From the NCBI GenBank assembly GCA_963814305.1, contig CAWFCI010000028.1, positions 160,288 to 224,287 of the forward strand: 64,000 bases of DNA, given 5' to 3'. Made by a program: the position numbers and the translations under genes. Within the stretch, counting starts at the first letter, position 1; the number at the start of each line of letters is the position of its first letter. Shown here piece after piece: positions 53,938 through 64,000 of this stretch. This stretch comes from an uncultured Alphaproteobacteria bacterium. GTDB taxonomy: Bacteria > Pseudomonadota > Alphaproteobacteria > Sphingomonadales > Sphingomonadaceae. Below the pieces are notes generated by a model. The model was not told where the DNA came from. It was given only the letters and a program-made list of their open reading frames with translations, and searched no databases.

Positions 53938-55856
53938 TCCGCCGCCCACTTGTTCTTGGCCGGTTTCTTCGGGCGTCGCAGCATCCTTCCGAGCAATGAG
54001 ATCAACCCGCCCAACGCCACCAAAGCTCCGCCATACCAGATGAACGGCACGAACGGTTTCCACCAAAGCCTAACCTGCCATTTGTCAGTGCTTTCATCGG
54101 GTTGCGCGATGACGGCATATAACTGGCCGTTCCAGCGGGTCAGCAGGGCCGCCTCGCTGGTTTGCATTTCGGGTTCGAAAAACTGCCGTGATTGCGGCCG
54201 CATCACAAAGGTTTTTCCATTGGCCTTCGCAAGCATTTTTCCCTCTATACCGACCCAATTGTCGCCAATGGCGGGGTTCACGTCGTCGAGCGTCACGTTC
54301 CAGTCGGCCACCTTGGCGCTTTGCCCTGGAGCCAATGCCGTGAGCGTTTCGCGCGAGAAACCTGATTCCGATGCCATGCCGAAAACGCTCACCGCCAGCC
54401 CGAAATGGGCGATCACCATTCCATAAATCGGCAAAGGCGTGCGCAACAACTTGCGGCCTTTCAATGGCGCAAACGACGCGACCGCCAGTGCCAATGCCAA
54501 TGCGATGCCTAAGGTCGGGAACAGCCCGGCACCGGGAGCAAATTGCCAAATGGCCACGCCTGTCCACAATATGATCGCGTAAAAGCCGACCAGCCAATAT
54601 TTGTGCCGCGCAATCTCGTCGCGGCGCCACCGCAGCATCGGACCCAGCAGCAACGCCAGCATTAACAGAAGTCCGATTGGCACTGTTGCCTTGTTGAAAT
54701 AAGGCGGACCCACTGAAATCTTGTTGCCCATCGCTTCGGCAGCCAGCGGGTAAAGCGTCCCGATCAGCACAATGCCGAGGATGACGCTTAGAAAGACATT
54801 ATTAGCAACAATCGCACCTTCGCGACTGATCAGTTGGAATGGTTCACCTTGCCGGACGGTGCCGATACGAAGCGCAAACAGCACAAACGCTGCGCCGGTA
54901 TAGACCAGCATAAGCGTCAGGATAAACGCCCCACGCTCTGGATCGACAGCAAAGCTGTGCACGCTTGTCAGAATGCCTGAGCGAACTAGGAATGTGCCTG
55001 CCATCGACATCGCAAATGCGACGAGCGCCAGCATGATCGTCCATGCACGCAGCGCGTTGCGGGTCGCCAATACGCTGACCGAATGCAGTAAAGCGGTTGC
55101 GGCTAGCCAAGGCATCAACGAAGCGTTTTCAACAGGGTCCCAGAACCACCAGCCGCCCCAGCCAAGCTCGTAATAGGCCCAGTAGCTGCCTGCGGTGATG
55201 CCCAGCGTGAGGAAAATCCATGCCGCCAATACCCAAGGCCGCATCGCGCGGGCAAAGGCTGGACCAACCTGCAGTGTCAGCAATGCACCGACGGCAAAGG
55301 AGAATGCGACCGAGAGCCCGACATAACCGATGTAAAGCGTCGGCGGATGAAATGCCAAACCCACATCCTGCAACAGCGGGTTCAGCCCTGCACCTTGCGC
55401 GGGCGCTGGCACCAATCGCTCGAACGGGTTTGACGAGAATAACAGGAACGCGAAAAAGCCTAGCGAGACAATCGCCTGCACCGCCAATGTCGCGCCTAAA
55501 GTCTTTGCATCGATACGCTTTTCAATCAGCGCGATTGCCGCCCCCGAAAGCGCCATCACCGTTACCCACAGCAGCATTGAGCCTTCATGATTGCCCCACG
55601 TTCCAGCAATTTTGAAGATCGCGGGCTTGTCGATATGACTGTTGCTGGCCACGAGCAGGACAGAGAGGTCGGTAATCCAAAACAGCCAGACCAGCGCGCT
55701 AAACGAAAATACGCACAGCGCGCCCTGCACAATTGCGGCGGGGCGGATGAGGCTGGACAGCTTGCCATCGCCTACCAGTGACAGCCCACCCGCAAGCTGC
55801 AAGAGCGCCATCGCGGCGGCCAGCCACAGGGCAGCCAGTCCAGCTTCGGCCATCAT
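53934..55856 (-). CDS. ccmF: Heme lyase CcmF
   Basis: WAYYELGWGGWWFWDPVEN, HPP, SVHSF. Confidence 0.97.
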   Translation of the reverse strand: MMAEAGLAALWLAAAMALLQLAGGLSLVGDGKLSSLIRPAAIVQGALCVFSFSALVWLFWITDLSVLLVASNSHIDKPAIFKIAGTWGNHEGSMLLWVTVMALSGAAIALIEKRIDAKTLGATLAVQAIVSLGFFAFLLFSSNPFERLVPAPAQGAGLNPLLQDVGLAFHPPTLYIGYVGLSVAFSFAVGALLTLQVGPAFARAMRPWVLAAWIFLTLGITAGSYWAYYELGWGGWWFWDPVENASLMPWLAATALLHSVSVLATRNALRAWTIMLALVAFAMSMAGTFLVRSGILTSVHSFAVDPERGAFILTLMLVYTGAAFVLFALRIGTVRQGEPFQLISREGAIVANNVFLSVILGIVLIGTLYPLAAEAMGNKISVGPPYFNKATVPIGLLLMLALLLGPMLRWRRDEIARHKYWLVGFYAIILWTGVAIWQFAPGAGLFPTLGIALALALAVASFAPLKGRKLLRTPLPIYGMVIAHFGLAVSVFGMASESGFSRETLTALAPGQSAKVADWNVTLDDVNPAIGDNWVGIEGKMLAKANGKTFVMRPQSRQFFEPEMQTSEAALLTRWNGQLYAVIAQPDESTDKWQVRLWWKPFVPFIWYGGALVALGGLISLLGRMLRRPKKPAKNKWAAE

Positions 55857-56302
55857 TGGGTGAGTGTGTCCTTGGTCTTCTCAGCGGCCTTCATATCGAT
55901 GTCGGCCAGCTCCTTGGGTACATAATTTTCATCATGCTTGGCGAGAAGATTGTCAGCGACAAATACGCCATCTGCACGCAACCGACCATCGGCAACGACG
56001 CCGGAGCCTTCGACAAACAAGTCAGGTGTGATGCCGCGATAAGCGACTTGCTGGCTACCTTCGCCGTCCTGAACAGTGAACGAGATGGAAACCCCGTCGG
56101 CCTCGCGAATGATCGACCCTTTTTGCACCATGCCTCCAAGGCGAATCGCCTTGCCCGGCTCGACCTGCGCTTTGGCAAGCGTTGTAGGCGTGTAGAAATA
56201 GGACGCTTCTTCACGCAATGCGGCAGCAGCGATGAAGCCCGCGCCGATGAGCGCAACTAAGGCAACAAGCGCAAGAATGAGCCGTTGGTGCTTGGGCTTC
56301 AC
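55853..56302 (-). CDS. ccmE: Heme chaperone CcmE
   Basis: RLGGMV, PDLF.EG, LAKHDENY. Confidence 0.95.
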   Translation of the reverse strand: MKPKHQRLILALVALVALIGAGFIAAAALREEASYFYTPTTLAKAQVEPGKAIRLGGMVQKGSIIREADGVSISFTVQDGEGSQQVAYRGITPDLFVEGSGVVADGRLRADGVFVADNLLAKHDENYVPKELADIDMKAAEKTKDTLTQ

Positions 56303-56430
56303 AATTGTAGCCTTAAATCTTCGGCCAGCGCCTCGGAACGGCGCATCGAAAGGTAACTTCCAATGATGAGCCAAATCATCCCCACTGCAGTCACCGCAAA
56401 AGCGGCAAAGATGAACGTGTTATGCGTCAT
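56299..56430 (-). CDS. ccmD: Heme exporter CcmD (not in ORF track)
   Basis: MTHNTFIFAAFAVTAVGMIWLIIGSYLSMRRSEALAEDLRLQL between ccmC and ccmE with overlapping stop/start. Confidence 0.8.
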   Translation of the reverse strand: MTHNTFIFAAFAVTAVGMIWLIIGSYLSMRRSEALAEDLRLQL

Positions 56431-57146
56431 CAGTCCTCAGCCATCCGGCGCATCCGCGCCTCGATCCGCATTTCGGCGAGCGCCGCGCGCATCCGCATCA
56501 GCACCAACGCCCCGAACAGAAGACTGAAACCGGCGACGCTCACAAACAACGGAATGAGATAGGCATCATCGATTGACGAGCCACCAAGCGTGATGCTCGC
56601 CTTCTGGTGCTGGCTTTCCCACCAGACCACCGAGCGGTTGATTATGGGGATGTTGACCGCGCCAATAACGCCGAAAACAGCGGCAACGCGGCTGGTATCG
56701 CCCTTTTCGCTCGAGGCATTGGCAAGCGCGATATAGCCCAGATACAGGAAAAATAGCACGAGCATCGACGTCAGCCGCCCGTCCCACACCCACCAAGTCC
56801 CCCATGTAGGGCGGCCCCAAATCGAACCTGTGGCAAGGCAGATTGCGGCGAAGGTCGCACCGGGAACGGCTATCGCTCGCGCCGCTATCCCTGCGAGCGG
56901 GTGCCGCCAGACCAATTGCACAATGCTGGCAATCGCAATTCCCATCCAGCCGCCCATGCCGAGCCAGGCACTAGGGACATGAACGAAGATGATTTTGACC
57001 GTATCGCCCATTAGCCGTTCGGTCGGCGTGAAAAACAGTCCCAAGACGCATGCGCCGAGCGCCAGCAATAGCCCCGGCCAGAACAAGGCTGGGGTCAGCG
57101 GTTTTGCAAGTCGCAGAAAACGGGCAGGATTGGCGAAACGGTGCAT
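56430..57146 (-). CDS. ccmC: Heme exporter CcmC
   Basis: HVP, WGRPTWGTWWVWD.RLT, HQ. Confidence 0.96.
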   Translation of the reverse strand: MHRFANPARFLRLAKPLTPALFWPGLLLALGACVLGLFFTPTERLMGDTVKIIFVHVPSAWLGMGGWMGIAIASIVQLVWRHPLAGIAARAIAVPGATFAAICLATGSIWGRPTWGTWWVWDGRLTSMLVLFFLYLGYIALANASSEKGDTSRVAAVFGVIGAVNIPIINRSVVWWESQHQKASITLGGSSIDDAYLIPLFVSVAGFSLLFGALVLMRMRAALAEMRIEARMRRMAED

Positions 57147-57197
57147 GGTTTGGCAAGCCTCTAGCACCGCCTGCGGCCCGCGCCAATGCTTTCGGGG

Positions 57198-58229
57198 TCA
57201 GCGGCCTATAAGCTTTTGCGCCATATTGTCGGCAACTTGCGCTGGTGTCGTGCCACTCGAGTCGCTTTCTTGCCAAATCGCGGCAAGCCTGCCCGGGATA
57301 GCGTCGATGCGGCGGTTGATTTCATCGTCGTTTGCGGCGTCGATATGGCGCAATACGTTGATGATGCCACCGGCGTTTATGACATAATCAGGCGCATAGA
57401 GAATGCCTCGATCCGCCAGCATCTGACCCTCAGGCCCGGTTGCCAGCTGGTTATTCGCGCCGCCTGCGACCGCTTTGACCTTGAGTCCAGCGACGCTCGA
57501 TTGCGTCAGTATTGCCCCTAAGGCGCATGGGCTGAAGATATCCGCCTCGACGTCCATAATCGCATCGGCTGCAACTGCCTCGCCGCCCAGTTCGGCAGCG
57601 AGTTCGCCAGCGCGTTTTACATCGACATCGGTCAATGTCAGCTTCGCACCCTTTTCCGCCAGATAGCGGGCCAGCCCGCCGCCGACGCTGCCAACACCCT
57701 GGATGGCAACATGTACACCGCTCAGGTCATCGGTACCAAGCGCATGTTTTGCCGCCGCCTGCACACCGAGGAACACACCGCGCGCGGTGTAAGGGCCGGG
57801 ATCGCCACCTAGCCCCGGCAAACCAGCGACGTGGCCGGTCACCTTTGACAACGACACCATATCCGCCTCTGACATGCCGACGTCTTGCGCGGTGATATAT
57901 TTGCCGCCCAGCGAATCGACCGCGCGTGCAAAGGCGTCGAGCATGTCCTGCGGCTTGGCGCGTGCCGGATTGGCGAGTATTACGGCCTTGCCGCCGCCTG
58001 CGGGCAAATCGGCCATCGCATTCTTGTAGCTCATGCCGCGCGACAGCCGCAACGCGTCGGTGATGGCGGCCTGGCTGTCGGCATAATGCCAGAAGCGCGT
58101 TCCGCCCGCCGCAGGCCCGCGATGCGTAGAGTGCACGGCGATGACCGCCTTCAACCCGCTCTTGCGATCCTCGAAGACATGCACCGCTTCATGTGCATCG
58201 AAATCGGGCAGGTCCCATATTGCGGGCAT
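57198..58229 (-). CDS. Leu/Phe/Val dehydrogenase
   Basis: GPAAGGTR, GMSYKNA, GGGKAV, GVGSVG, GGANNQL, NAGG. Confidence 0.92.
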   Translation of the reverse strand: MPAIWDLPDFDAHEAVHVFEDRKSGLKAVIAVHSTHRGPAAGGTRFWHYADSQAAITDALRLSRGMSYKNAMADLPAGGGKAVILANPARAKPQDMLDAFARAVDSLGGKYITAQDVGMSEADMVSLSKVTGHVAGLPGLGGDPGPYTARGVFLGVQAAAKHALGTDDLSGVHVAIQGVGSVGGGLARYLAEKGAKLTLTDVDVKRAGELAAELGGEAVAADAIMDVEADIFSPCALGAILTQSSVAGLKVKAVAGGANNQLATGPEGQMLADRGILYAPDYVINAGGIINVLRHIDAANDDEINRRIDAIPGRLAAIWQESDSSGTTPAQVADNMAQKLIGR

Positions 58230-58268
58230 GTGACGGTCCTCCAAACTCACGGAATCAAATTACGGATG

Positions 58269-58287
58269 TGCGTAATAATATTACGCA
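58269..58287. promoter_or_regulatory. Perfect palindrome, putative operator
   Basis: TGCGTAATA-A-TATTACGCA about 40 nt upstream of the dehydrogenase start. Confidence 0.5.
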
Positions 58288-58318
58288 ACACAATTGTCAT
58301 CTGGTTTATTGAAGGAAA

Positions 58319-58396
58319 TGGGGCGACCGACGGGACTTGAACCCGCAACTTCCGGCATCACAAGCCGGTGCTCTAACCAATTGAACTACGATCGCC
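58319..58396 (-). tRNA. tRNA-His(GTG)
   Basis: GGCGATCGTAGTTCAATTGGTTAGAGC...TTGTGAT...GGTTCAAGTCCCGTCGGTCGCCCCA; G-1:C73 present. Confidence 0.96.
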
Positions 58397-58468
58397 ATAG
58401 CGCCACTCAGGCAGGCGCGATCCTTAATATTTTAGCGCGCCGGGCGTCAACCCGGCTCCGCCAAATCA

Positions 58469-58696
58469 TTATTTCTTGAGGCTAAGGCCACCAAAACGCT
58501 TATTGAACTGGGCGACGCGGCCACCTGTGTCAAGCATCGAGCCACGGCCACCGGTCCATGCCGGGTGCGATGTTGGATCAATGTCTAGCGCCAACGTGTC
58601 GCCTTCCTTGCCCCATGTGGAGCGCGTTTCGAAGACAGTGCCATCGGTCATCTGCACCTTGATCATGTGATAATCGGGATGAATATCGGCTTTCAT
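58469..58696 (-). CDS. rpmE: 50S ribosomal protein L31 (Cys-free type)
   Basis: [26 protein letters not shown]. Confidence 0.96.
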   Translation of the reverse strand: MKADIHPDYHMIKVQMTDGTVFETRSTWGKEGDTLALDIDPTSHPAWTGGRGSMLDTGGRVAQFNKRFGGLSLKK

Positions 58697-58793
58697 GTGG
58701 TAATCCTTTGTTCAGCCGCCGGTTTCCGACCGGTGGCCCTAATATTCGGAAGCGCCGCCCTTAGCGGGGGCCTGACGCGAAGGCAAGTAGCAA

Positions 58794-59255
58794 TCAGGCG
58801 GGCGGATCGGCGATCATCGCCATGAATTCGGCCTCGGTCGCGACTTGGTCGCCCATCATTGCGCGACCGGCAAATTTGCAAACGCGCGGGCGTTTCTGGA
58901 GGAACTCGACTTCGAGATGGAGCAAGCAGCCCGGTTCGACTGGAGCGCGGAATTTCGCGTTGTCGATCGACATGAAATAAACCAGCTTGCCAGAGCCAAT
59001 CAGGCCAAAGCTCTCCATCGCGAGCACCCCAGCAGCCTGCGCAAGCGCCTCTACGATCATCACGCCGGGCATGATCGGGCGGCCGGGGAAATGACCCTGG
59101 AAAAAGCCTTCGTTCATCGTGACAGCCTTGACCGCGCGAATCCGCTCGTCAACCACGAGTTCTTCGACGCGATCAACGAGTAGCATGGGGTACCGGTGTG
59201 GCAACACCGCCATCACACGCCGGACGTCGTAGTTTGTAAAGTCGCCCCCCGACAT
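58794..59255 (-). CDS. fabZ: 3-hydroxyacyl-ACP dehydratase
   Basis: [23 protein letters not shown]. Confidence 0.96.
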   Translation of the reverse strand: MSGGDFTNYDVRRVMAVLPHRYPMLLVDRVEELVVDERIRAVKAVTMNEGFFQGHFPGRPIMPGVMIVEALAQAAGVLAMESFGLIGSGKLVYFMSIDNAKFRAPVEPGCLLHLEVEFLQKRPRVCKFAGRAMMGDQVATEAEFMAMIADPPA

Positions 59256-59260
59256 CGAAA

Positions 59261-59980
59261 TTACCGGCTATCAGGTTGCTGCGCCGGAGCTGGAGCCGCT
59301 GGGCGCGGCGCGCCTGGCTGCGGTGATTGTGCTGCGGCTGCCTGTGCTGCCTGCATTTGGGCGGCGTTGTTAAACAGCTGCTGTATCGATTGATACAGTG
59401 CAGCACCCTGACGCGAAGGGCGCCAGTCAGCAGGCGGTGTGATGGCGACCGACGGTACAGCCTTGTCGAGTTCGGCGGTGATAGCCGTGGTCACATCGAC
59501 AGCGTCGGGTGCCCAGACGAACGCTTCCGGGGTCAAGATAACACTGATCTTCTTGGCGGTAATGACGGCCTGTTGCGCAGCCTCATACCGCTTGGCAATT
59601 TCCTCAACCGAATAAAGCTGCGCGCGGACGATTGGATCCTGAAGCGCATTAATCTCTTTCTGCTTGGTGTCGATCTGCGCGAGCAAGGGATTCTTCGCCT
59701 TGACCGCCGCGTCTACTTCGGCCTGATCCAGGTTCTTGTCCTTGTTGGTATCAAGCTGCGCATTGAGATTGTTGATCTCGGTGCGCTTCGTCTGCATTTG
59801 TTGCGCGACGGAGGCATATTGCGTGCCGATCTGCTGATAAGCGGTACCAAGCGCCTTCGAACGGGCGATGGCAACTGACGTATCGGCAGTGGCGATGCCT
59901 GCAACCTGTGCGCTGGCGGGCATGGCGATGGCTGCTGCCGACAATAAAGCGGCCACAGCGATGGGCTTGAGAATTTTCAT
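59261..59980 (-). CDS. skp: OmpH/Skp periplasmic chaperone
   Basis: Signal peptide, coiled coil, DVTTAI; located between bamA and fabZ. Confidence 0.8.
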   Translation of the reverse strand: MKILKPIAVAALLSAAAIAMPASAQVAGIATADTSVAIARSKALGTAYQQIGTQYASVAQQMQTKRTEINNLNAQLDTNKDKNLDQAEVDAAVKAKNPLLAQIDTKQKEINALQDPIVRAQLYSVEEIAKRYEAAQQAVITAKKISVILTPEAFVWAPDAVDVTTAITAELDKAVPSVAITPPADWRPSRQGAALYQSIQQLFNNAAQMQAAQAAAAQSPQPGAPRPAAPAPAQQPDSR

Positions 59981-62644
59981 TAGAATTGCGTTCCTACGTT
60001 GAATGTAAATAATTTGGTGTCGTCGCCTGGCTCTTTTAGCAGGGCGCGGGCTATATCAATCCTGAACGGACCGAAAGGCGAGTTCCAGTTGACGCCAAAA
60101 CCGACCGAAAGGCGGGGTTTCCAGCTGTCGCCGAAGAAGCGTTCTTCGAACCGCAGCGCTTGAACACGCGCTGAGCCGTCCGCATTTGTTGCGGTTGTCG
60201 ATGTCTGGATCGCACCAGCGGTATCAACAAAATAGTAAAGCGGATTGCCTTGGGTGCCATCTGCCAGCACTTCGCGCTGCGAGACCGTTTGCAGGATTGG
60301 CGCTGGTAACATCGAATACCGAACCGACATCGACGAAGATTGACGGACGTAGGCCAAGCTCCTTCGCGCCGCTGCCCAATGGAATCTGCAACTCAGCGCG
60401 TCCGAGATAATAGAACCGGCCGCCAATGGCGTCGTCCTGAATTTCGTTACGGCCAAGCTGCGGGGTATTGACTGCAACGCCGTTCACGACTTCACCAGTG
60501 AAGAACACACGCTGCACGCGCGGGCCGACGCCGCGAATATCGAAGCCGCGCATCTGCGGTTCGCCAAGATAGAAACGGTCGGTCAGACGGACATCGTCGA
60601 TGCCGAGCGCCGCCGAACCGCGATCTTCGAGCGGATGAATATAGCCACCTTCGATTGACAGACCGAGCACGAAATTGCCAAACGGTTTCCAATATTTATC
60701 CGCGTTGATGCGCGTCTTGATATATTTGACGCTACCGCCAAGCCCGGCGAAATCCTGGCTGATCCCCGCACTCTGGCCGCGCGTCGGACGCACGCGGTTA
60801 TCGCGGTCATCATAGAGCAAAGTGTAGCCGAGCGACGACGTCAGGCGGTTACCGATTGCGTCGCACAGGAAGCGACCAGCGATGATAGGGTCGCATGACG
60901 CCGGAAGCGGGCCTGCCCCGTCGGGGTCGGTAAAAAACTGATTGCGATCAAGCGAGATATCATCCTGGCTCAGGCCATAGCGCGCCTGGAAATAGATAAA
61001 TTCGTTGATCGGCACCCCGGTACGCAACTGGAAGCCGGTCGTTGCCTGCTCATAGGTCGTGTTGCGCTGGTTATTGAAAAAGTTGAAGCTGTTCAAATCG
61101 CGGCGGAATATGTCGCCTGACACCGCAATCGAGCGGTCGAAAAGATACGGCTCGGTAAAGCCGATTTCCGCCGATTTCGAATAAGACGAATAGGAAATAT
61201 TCGTCCGCAGCTCCTGCCCCAGCCCGCGGAAGTTGCGCTGTTTGATCGAGCCTTGGAAAATGAAGTTCTCGATTGACGAGAAACCGGCGGACAGCGAAAG
61301 TTCGCCTGTTGCCTTTTCCTCGACATTGGTGGTCAGGATGATGCGGTCCGGCGCACTGCCCTGCTCCTGCTCGACTTCCAGATCTTCCTGGAAATAGCCC
61401 AGCGATTTGATGCGCTCCGCCGTACGCTTAACCTGGATGCTGTTAAAGGCATCGCCTTCATTCAAGCGGAATTCGCGGCGAACCACTTTGTCCTGCGTCA
61501 GCGTATTTCCGTTGATGTCGATGCGCTCGACAAACACGCGCTGGCTTTCGGCAACCTGGAAGGTGATGCTCATCGTGAGCGATTCTTTGTCCCGGTTGAA
61601 GTCGGGACTGACGTCGGCAAACGCATAGCCGAACAGGCCGGCGGTTTCGGACAGGCTTTCGACCGTATCCTCGACCATCTTCGCGTCATACCAATCGTCT
61701 TTTTTCATCCGAAGCGTTGCAGTGAGCTTTTCGGAATCAAAATCGCGAATCTGGCTCTCGACCTTCACATCGCCAAATTTGTAGCGTTCGCCTTCTTCCA
61801 CTACATAGGTGATGATGAAGTCCTGCTTGTCGGGCGTAAGTTCGGCAACAGCGGAAACCACACGGAAGTCGGCATAGCCTTGCGTCAGATAGAATTGGCG
61901 CAATTTCTGCTGGTCGAACGCCAGACGATCAGGATCGTAGCTGGTCCCGGACGAGAAGAAGCGATAGAAACGCGCTTGCTTCGTCACCATCTCGCCGCGA
62001 AGTTGACCGTCGCCGAATTTCTCGTTGCCGATGATGTTGATCTGCTGGACCTTCGATTTAGGTCCTTCGGTAATTTCAAAGACGATATCGACGCGGTTCT
62101 GGTCAAGCTGGACGAGCTTCGGCTCGATCGTCGCGGCAAAGCGGCCCTGGCGTTTGTAGAGTTCAACGATACGCGCGACGTCTGCGCGGACTTTCGAACG
62201 CGAATAAATCTGGCGCGGGGCAAGCTTGATTTCAGGCTCGATCTTGTCGTTCTTCAGCCGCTTGTTGCCTTCAAGGATGATGCGGTTGACGACGGGGTTT
62301 TCGCGAACCTCGATGACTACCGCACCGGCGTTGTTGCGGATCGCGACGTCAGCGAACAATTCGGTAGCGTACAGGTCCTTCAGCGCCTGATCGGCAGCGA
62401 CCTGGCTCCATGCCGTCCCGACACGCAGGCGGATGTAAGAGCGCACAGTGTCGGCTTCGAGACGCTGCGTGCCGACGACAGTGATCGACTGGATCTGGTC
62501 TCCTTGAGGTGCGGCGGCCACTGGTAAGGTAGGCGCTACGGGCGGCGGCGCAACCTGGGCCAACGCGGGCGACACCGCACCAACGCCAGCCAAAGCCGTC
62601 GAACCCATCAAATATATGCCAAAGGTCTTGAAGTTCATTGTCAT
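59980..62644 (-). CDS. bamA: Outer membrane protein assembly factor BamA (frameshift near 60295)
   Basis: POTRA domains, MRGF, WNSPFGP, FNVGTQF C-terminus. Confidence 0.96.
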
Positions 62645-62748
62645 CCGATCCGATGTCCGGCCCCCACCGGGTATTTGGCATGAAGCCGCTAAAATGTTGA
62701 AAGCGTCCCTGCCCGATGCTGCGCCCGCAATCAAGCCTGTCTTACCCT

Positions 62749-63875
62749 CTATCCACTGCCAAATAGGCCGAATGAAGCGAGGTCGTTGAATGTCACCATG
62801 ATCATGAACCCTACTAGCATCGCAAACCCCGCCCGGAATGCCCATTCCTGCACTTGCGGCGTGGCCGGACGTCGCCGGACAGCCTCGATCGCATAGAGCA
62901 TGAGATGGCCTCCATCGAGCATCGGAATTGGCAGGAGGTTGATGAACCCCAAGTTAATCGAGATCAGCGCAGCGAGACTGATGAATGTCAGGATACCAAG
63001 GCTCATCGCCTCGCCTGATACCTTGGCGATTTTAAGTGGTCCGCCCAGTTCCGACAATGGACGCCGCCCTGAAATTATCTGCCCGAGACCGATCATCTGC
63101 TGACGAAGGATGTTGCCGGTATGAACACGTTGCGGCCCAAGGTGCTTCCAGCAAGCCGATTTCGCGAATTTCAACGTTGTTCGCGCCGATGCCTAAACGC
63201 CCGATACGGTATTTGTTGCCGAAGCGATCAATCTCTTCAAACGTTCCGACAGTAGCTTCCTTGACCAGCCGGTCGCCGTTGCGGTCGATTTCGATCACCG
63301 CCTCGTCGCCAGGGATCATAATGACTTCGTTCGCCATCTCGTCGAAAGTTTCGATCGATCGGCCATTGAAGGTCAGTATGCGGTCACCTTCCTGAATTCC
63401 GGCTATTGCCGCGGAACTGCCCGGTTGCACAACATCGACAACGGGTGGCGTTACTGATTTGCCCGAACGCGAGCAGGAAACCCATCGCAATCAGGATGGC
63501 GAGGATGAAGTTGACCGCTGGTCCGGCAAACACGATCAGTGCGCGTTGCCATAAGGTTTTCGATTGAAAGGTTTGGTTGCGCTCTTTCTCGGGCAGCGCT
63601 TTCCACGCTTCGTCAGACTGGCTGGCTGGGTTCATGTCGCCTGCGAACTGCACGAAACCGCCTAGCGGCAATGCACCCACGCGCCACAATGTCCCGCGCT
63701 TGTCCACTCGCCCAAAAATTTGTGGGCCGAATCCGATGGAGAATTTCTCAGCCTTCACCCCGAACCAGCGCCCGACGAAATAGTGGCCGAGCTCATGGAC
63801 GACAACCAACGTGCCGATGAGCGCGAGAAACGCGAGAATGGTTACCACGATGTGGGGCGATTCAACTGCTGGCAT
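62749..63875 (-). CDS. rseP: RIP metalloprotease RseP (frameshifts near 63470 and 63130)
   Basis: HELGH, PLGGFV, AGP..N, PDZ, NLLPIPMLDGG. Confidence 0.95.
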
Positions 63876-64000
63876 ATGCGACCTTTTTTAGTTGGGCGGA
63901 GGCATAGGCGCGCGCGGCTGCATCGATGCTGAACAAATCGTCGAGATGGGAAGGCATTTTATTCGGCGCATAGCCCGCCAGCGTGTGCTCGACCAGCGCG
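63862..64000 (-). CDS. dxr: DXP reductoisomerase, 3' end
   Basis: ALVEHTL...LDDLFSIDAAARAYA C-terminal pattern; standard position upstream of rseP. Confidence 0.7.
   Translation of the reverse strand, partial: ALVEHTLAGYAPNKMPSHLDDLFSIDAAARAYASAQLKKVAYASS

Noticed and set aside
58319-58396. tRNA-His as an att site or G-1-less variant
   Set aside because: No repeat or integrase nearby; G-1:C73 is canonical
59980-63875. bamA and rseP (also korA, phrB, SDR, amidase, sufE) as pseudogenes or programmed frameshifts
   Set aside because: Several are essential, motifs are intact, indels are scattered, and no slippery-site pattern is evident; sequencing error is the simplest explanation

Overview
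Chromosomal window (GC visibly above 50%) from an alphaproteobacterium, most likely Sphingomonadaceae. It is mostly core genes: rnpB, chpT-cheAWYBR, rluD-rpoH-mtgA, an Oar-type TonB receptor, clpXP, katG, tig, tRNA-Leu, gatCAB, ruvX-pyrB-pyrC', hisI/purF, photolyase, korAB, rppH, leuA, kup, ccmCDEFGH(I), Leu/Phe/Val dehydrogenase, tRNA-His, rpmE and dxr-rseP-bamA-skp-fabZ. Many essential genes carry frameshifts, which are almost certainly assembly errors. Five signals stand out. (1) A chromosomal ParF-like ATPase and ParG-like RHH protein sit in an operon with a TPR-SPOR protein, divergent from a Sel1-SPOR protein. (2) An AT-rich islet between leuA and kup has a perfect LexA box and an AHH-nuclease/DinD chimeric ORF. 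(3) A Pho box lies upstream of the TonB receptor. (4) An AT-rich Trypco2-like ORF is inserted inside gatCAB. (5) leuA has a leader-peptide attenuator. No CRISPR array, prophage, integrase or transposase was seen. All family calls are by motif recognition, not database search.
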